NCBI GenBank assembly: GCA_965285935.1
Contig: OZ260661.1
Coordinates: forward strand, 82,398,001 to 82,462,000
Reading direction: 5' to 3'
Source: Ophelia neglecta
Lineage: Eukaryota
DNA length: 64,000 bases
Shown: piece by piece, positions 60,401-64,000 of the stretch
How positions within the stretch are numbered: the first letter of the stretch is position 1
Layout: the number at the start of each line of letters is the position of its first letter
The notes under the pieces: generated by a model
The model's input: the letters and a program-made list of their open reading frames with translations, nothing else
Told to the model about the DNA's origin: nothing
Database searches by the model: none
Position numbers and translations under genes: made by a program

Positions 60401-63400
60401 AAGGGACTGCATGTGAAATGATGCTCTTATTGTAAAGTTGTTTTCTTTAAAGTACATGTTTGTATTTTAGGAAGGAAGAGCTCACATATTGTCTCATGCC
60501 ACGGGGATTAATATTATTGCCCAGAGCCTGAGCACCAACAATGTCAAGACCAAAATAGCTGTTTTAGAAATCCTTGGAGCTATCTGTCTGGTGCCTGGCG
60601 GACACAGGAAAGTCCTGCAGGCAATGATCAACTTCCAGAAACATGCTGGGGAAAGAACAAGATTTCAGGTATATTGAAAACATTTCCTTTTGAAATCACA
60701 GTTGTTTGATTTAAAAGGGCACAATATGCATACTTATTCATGCACATTTGACAGAAACCCTTAGGTGGGTGTACTTTTTTTAACAAACTATAAAATGAAT
60801 CTGTTAGCCCACATTATCATCTACATGAATATGCTGTTGGTAAAACTGACTCAATATAGTATAACATTAATTAAAAGAAGTTTATTGGTCGAAAATAGTA
60901 TTATGTGTACATGTATGTTAACTTATGGTGAGTGAAATGCTATTTCCTTTTTATCAGAGCCTCATGAATGACCTGGATAGTAGCAGCGGGGAATTCAGAG
61001 ATGACCACAGCCTGAAAACTGCCATTATGTCCTTTATCAATGCTGCACTCCAGTATGGACCAGGCCAGGTGAGACTACATTGTATTAATAATTGAAATTT
61101 GGAATTTTTGATGCTAGGATTTAATGTTGAATCTGCCCATTTTCATGCAGTAGTTACAAAGGCACTGTTATTTGTTTCAGACACACCTCGAGTTCCGTTT
61201 ACACCTACGGTTTGAGTTTCTGATGTTAGGCATCCAGCCAATCATAGACAAGCTGAGAACACATGATAACGCCACACTGGACAGGCATTTAGACTTTTTT
61301 GAGATGGTCAGAACAGAAGATGAGAGATTACTGGCCAAGAAATTTGAAGTGGTATGCCTTACTTTTTATTTCATTTATAAGCTGAAACAAAGACAAAGAG
61401 TTTTGATATGACATTGCATTTGATGTAAAGAAAAACTGGTCAGCCATTTTAATATCAGTTACAAAATATTGAGTTGAACAATGTTTAATTTTTGTTATTT
61501 TCAGGCTCATGTGGACAGCAAAAGTGCAACATCACTGTTTGAACTCCTGAAAAAGAAGCTGAATTTCTCAATGGCTTATTCCAACTTTGTTTCAATTCTG
61601 TTTCATTTTCTACATATGCCTTGTAAGTATAGGAATATTGTTTTACTGGGCTTTTTATTCAGATAATTGCAAATACAAATGTTAGTTTTGTGCTATACCT
61701 GAGCAGAGTGTATATGAATTAATGATTATAATTTTTTATATCAAATTTCCATTTTTTCCACCAGTTGGTAATGGAGCGGCCAATCAGTACTGGCAGCTGA
61801 TTGACCGCGTGGTCCAGCAGGTCTGTCTACAGACCAAGGAGGGTGACCCCGATGTGGCTCCACTGGAACTGGACGTCAAGAAAATTGTCAAACAGTATGT
61901 ACACTGTGTATTAGTTTTCTATGTGAACAAAAATCACCTGTTAAACATTTAATACAGTATATAATATATATTATAGATTAAGACACAAATATGAAACTCT
62001 CAGGATAGAAAATGAAACAGTTGGGAACTTAACATGTCTACCTATATATATCAACAATTTTTTTCTCTTCATAGATTAGCTAATGAGAATGCAATGAAAG
62101 AAGTTCAGAACAAAATCAGAGATATACAAAAGGAGAATGATGAGCTTGCCTCAAAGCTTGCCAAGAAAGAAAGGGAATGTGAGGTCAAAGCAGAAGAAAA
62201 AGAGGATTTGATGCAGACTTTAAACAAAATCAAGAGCAAGTTGGAGAAGGAGACGTCTGCCCATGTGGAGACCAAGGCTCAGTTAGCTGACTTGTCGGCC
62301 AGACTGAGTGAGCTGGGACAGCTGGTGAGTACCAGAAACTGACTAGCTCTCAGAACCCTCCGCTGTGAAAATATGTTGAACAGTTGAATTCTTCTCGGCA
62401 AACATTTGGAAAAAGATATGTACAATCTGGGATTGGTCGCAAATAATATAAGTTTATATCCTTGTATACTATTGTCTTCCCTTAGAGTCTCCAACATTCT
62501 GGGTTTTCCATCATATTTCATTCGTATTCAATCATTATCTTCCCTGAGGGTTGAAATTAAGTCATTCTCTACTGTAATGCTGGGACATTTTACTTACTGT
62601 TGGCATGTGAGTGTATTGTAAGGTAGGGAGAATAAAAATGGCAATGTAATACATGTAGGTTGACTTAGAGAGAGCTGAGAGAGTTAAACTGGAAAATGCA
62701 GTGAAGACTGGTTCCCTGCCAGATGATGCCAAAGTTGGTTTGTCTACATCCCTGGCCACTGCCCTGGCAACCAGAGGACTGTCGTCTGCTCCTCCCCCTC
62801 CTCCTCTTGCCTTTGGAGGTAAGATTTAAAAAGATATGATGAATGCCAATAAATTATGCAAGCCAACAACTAATTTATAACTGCTTGTTCATTAATAATT
62901 CTGATGAAAAAGTCATGATATCAATGTATCTTCCTTTTCCCAGTCAGCAAATTTAACCAGTTACAATATTTGTTTAATTCTGGTCTCTTTTGTATTCAGC
63001 TCCACCACCCCCTCCCCCACCTTGTGGGGTGCCACCTCCCCCACCATTTGGAGGAGCTCCACCTCCTCCCCCGGCTCTGCCTGGTAGGTGCACGGAAAAA
63101 CACTTGATTACATTGCTGTACCTAGTTATAACAGCACAAAAGCTAATAGGGCACATAGTAGTATTCATTTTATTTTCATTACTAATAGATGATTATATAA
63201 TTTGTCTTTATTATGAATTTAGGTATGGGCCCAACTGGTGGATACCCTGGCCAAGCTGTCCAGAAGAAAAACATTCCTAAACCTTCTCAAGCACTGAAGT
63301 CTTTTAACTGGGCAAAACTACCAGATGTAAGTAGTGTTATATATCTTAAGTAATAAGTAACATACCCAAATGAATAGCTTTTGTTTCAATCAGCCTATTT

Positions 63401-63853
63401 GGCAATTGTTATAATCACATTATTTTAGTATTGCATTGCATTTTGTTCACAGAACAAAGTTAATGAAACTATATGGAGGGATATAGATGACACCAAAGTG
63501 TACAGGACATTAGATCTGGGGGAATTTGAGAAGAACTTTTCCGCTTATCAGAGACCAGAAGGCAGTGACAATGACATTTTTGGCAAAGGAGCCGCAAAAC
63601 CTAAGGAACTATCAGTCATAGATGGCAGACGTGCTCAGAATTGCACAATTTTATTATCAAAACTTAAAATGACCAATGCTGAGCTAGCGAAGGCTATTCT
63701 TAGTGTGGACACTCAGGAGGAGATTCCCAAGGATATGTGTGAACAGTTGTTAAAATATGTCCCTACACCAGAGGAGATACAGCTACTTGGTGAACACGAA
63801 CATGAAATAGAACAGATGGCACGGGCTGACAGATTCCTATTTGAAATGAGCAA
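47623..63853 (+). CDS. DAAM: Dishevelled-associated activator of morphogenesis (DAAM formin), 5' part: GBD-FH3, coiled coil, FH1, start of FH2; continues beyond the window
   Basis: Exons 47623-47784, 54468-54557, 59265-59333, 59796-59884, 60065-60200, 60471-60668, 60958-61068, 61181-61351, 61505-61622, 61765-61894, 62075-62324, 62659-62818, 63000-63083, 63223-63326, 63453-63853. Diagnostic motifs: [66 protein letters not shown], poly-Pro FH1, [31 protein letters not shown]. Confidence 0.96.
50547..51057 (+). repeat. G-rich minisatellite, ~17 units of CAGAACAGAGGCAGACGTGAAG(G)n
   Basis: Constant ~22-nt core followed by a variable-length G tract; purine-rich strand asymmetry. Confidence 0.92.
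57367..58182 (+). mobile_element. Non-autonomous Helentron (HINE; DINE-1/pearl-like architecture)
   Basis: 5' subTIR TATATCCGCGAAATGC with adjacent short inverted repeat (GCGGATAT); (GCC)12 at 57405-57440; two ~150-bp core repeats (from about 57480 and 57632); 3' subTIR GCATTCGCGGATATA at 58130-58144; stem-loop GCTGTCGG-cccc-CCGACAGC at 58151-58170; ends CTAGTT. Confidence 0.85.
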
Positions 63854-64000
63854 GTAAGTACAGGTTTTTGAAACTGAGATCTGTGAGTGACCTGTACATA
63901 TGAAGGCAGGGGACAAAACCAATATTTACCATTTGATTTGTCTATCAATAAAAAGCTTCTTGAACAAAGAGTTGACTTGAAGTCGGAGCAGAGTACAATA

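Overview
AT-rich, intron-rich animal (metazoan) genomic DNA, most likely a marine invertebrate (frequent TACATGTA, HINE, DIRS-like and hAT relics); the host taxon is inference only. About 1-8.2 kb is a nest of decayed mobile elements: a hAT-like end, a DIRS/Ngaro-like ORF1/ORF2 relic fused to a hAT transposase fragment, an integrase-like tail, disabled C2H2 and Bro-N-like ORFs, three orphan spliced exons, a 52-bp-arm hairpin and an array of palindromes. At 9068-15022 (+) is an intact 10-exon gene of about 979 aa with an unusual architecture: N-terminal TPRs, helical modules including a CARD-like exon, and a C-terminal Dicer/RIG-I-type helicase domain whose catalytic motifs are lost. This is the best candidate for something undescribed. 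KIF6 (21 coding exons, about 830 aa, - strand, 17266-31509) lies head-to-head with a DAAM formin (+ strand; 5' exon ending at 31839, CDS from 47623, running off the window), the same arrangement as human KIF6/DAAM2. DAAM introns carry candidate alternative N-terminal exons, an X-box, a G-rich minisatellite and a non-autonomous Helentron. All exon models were built by eye from GT-AG sites and reading-frame continuity; no searches were run.
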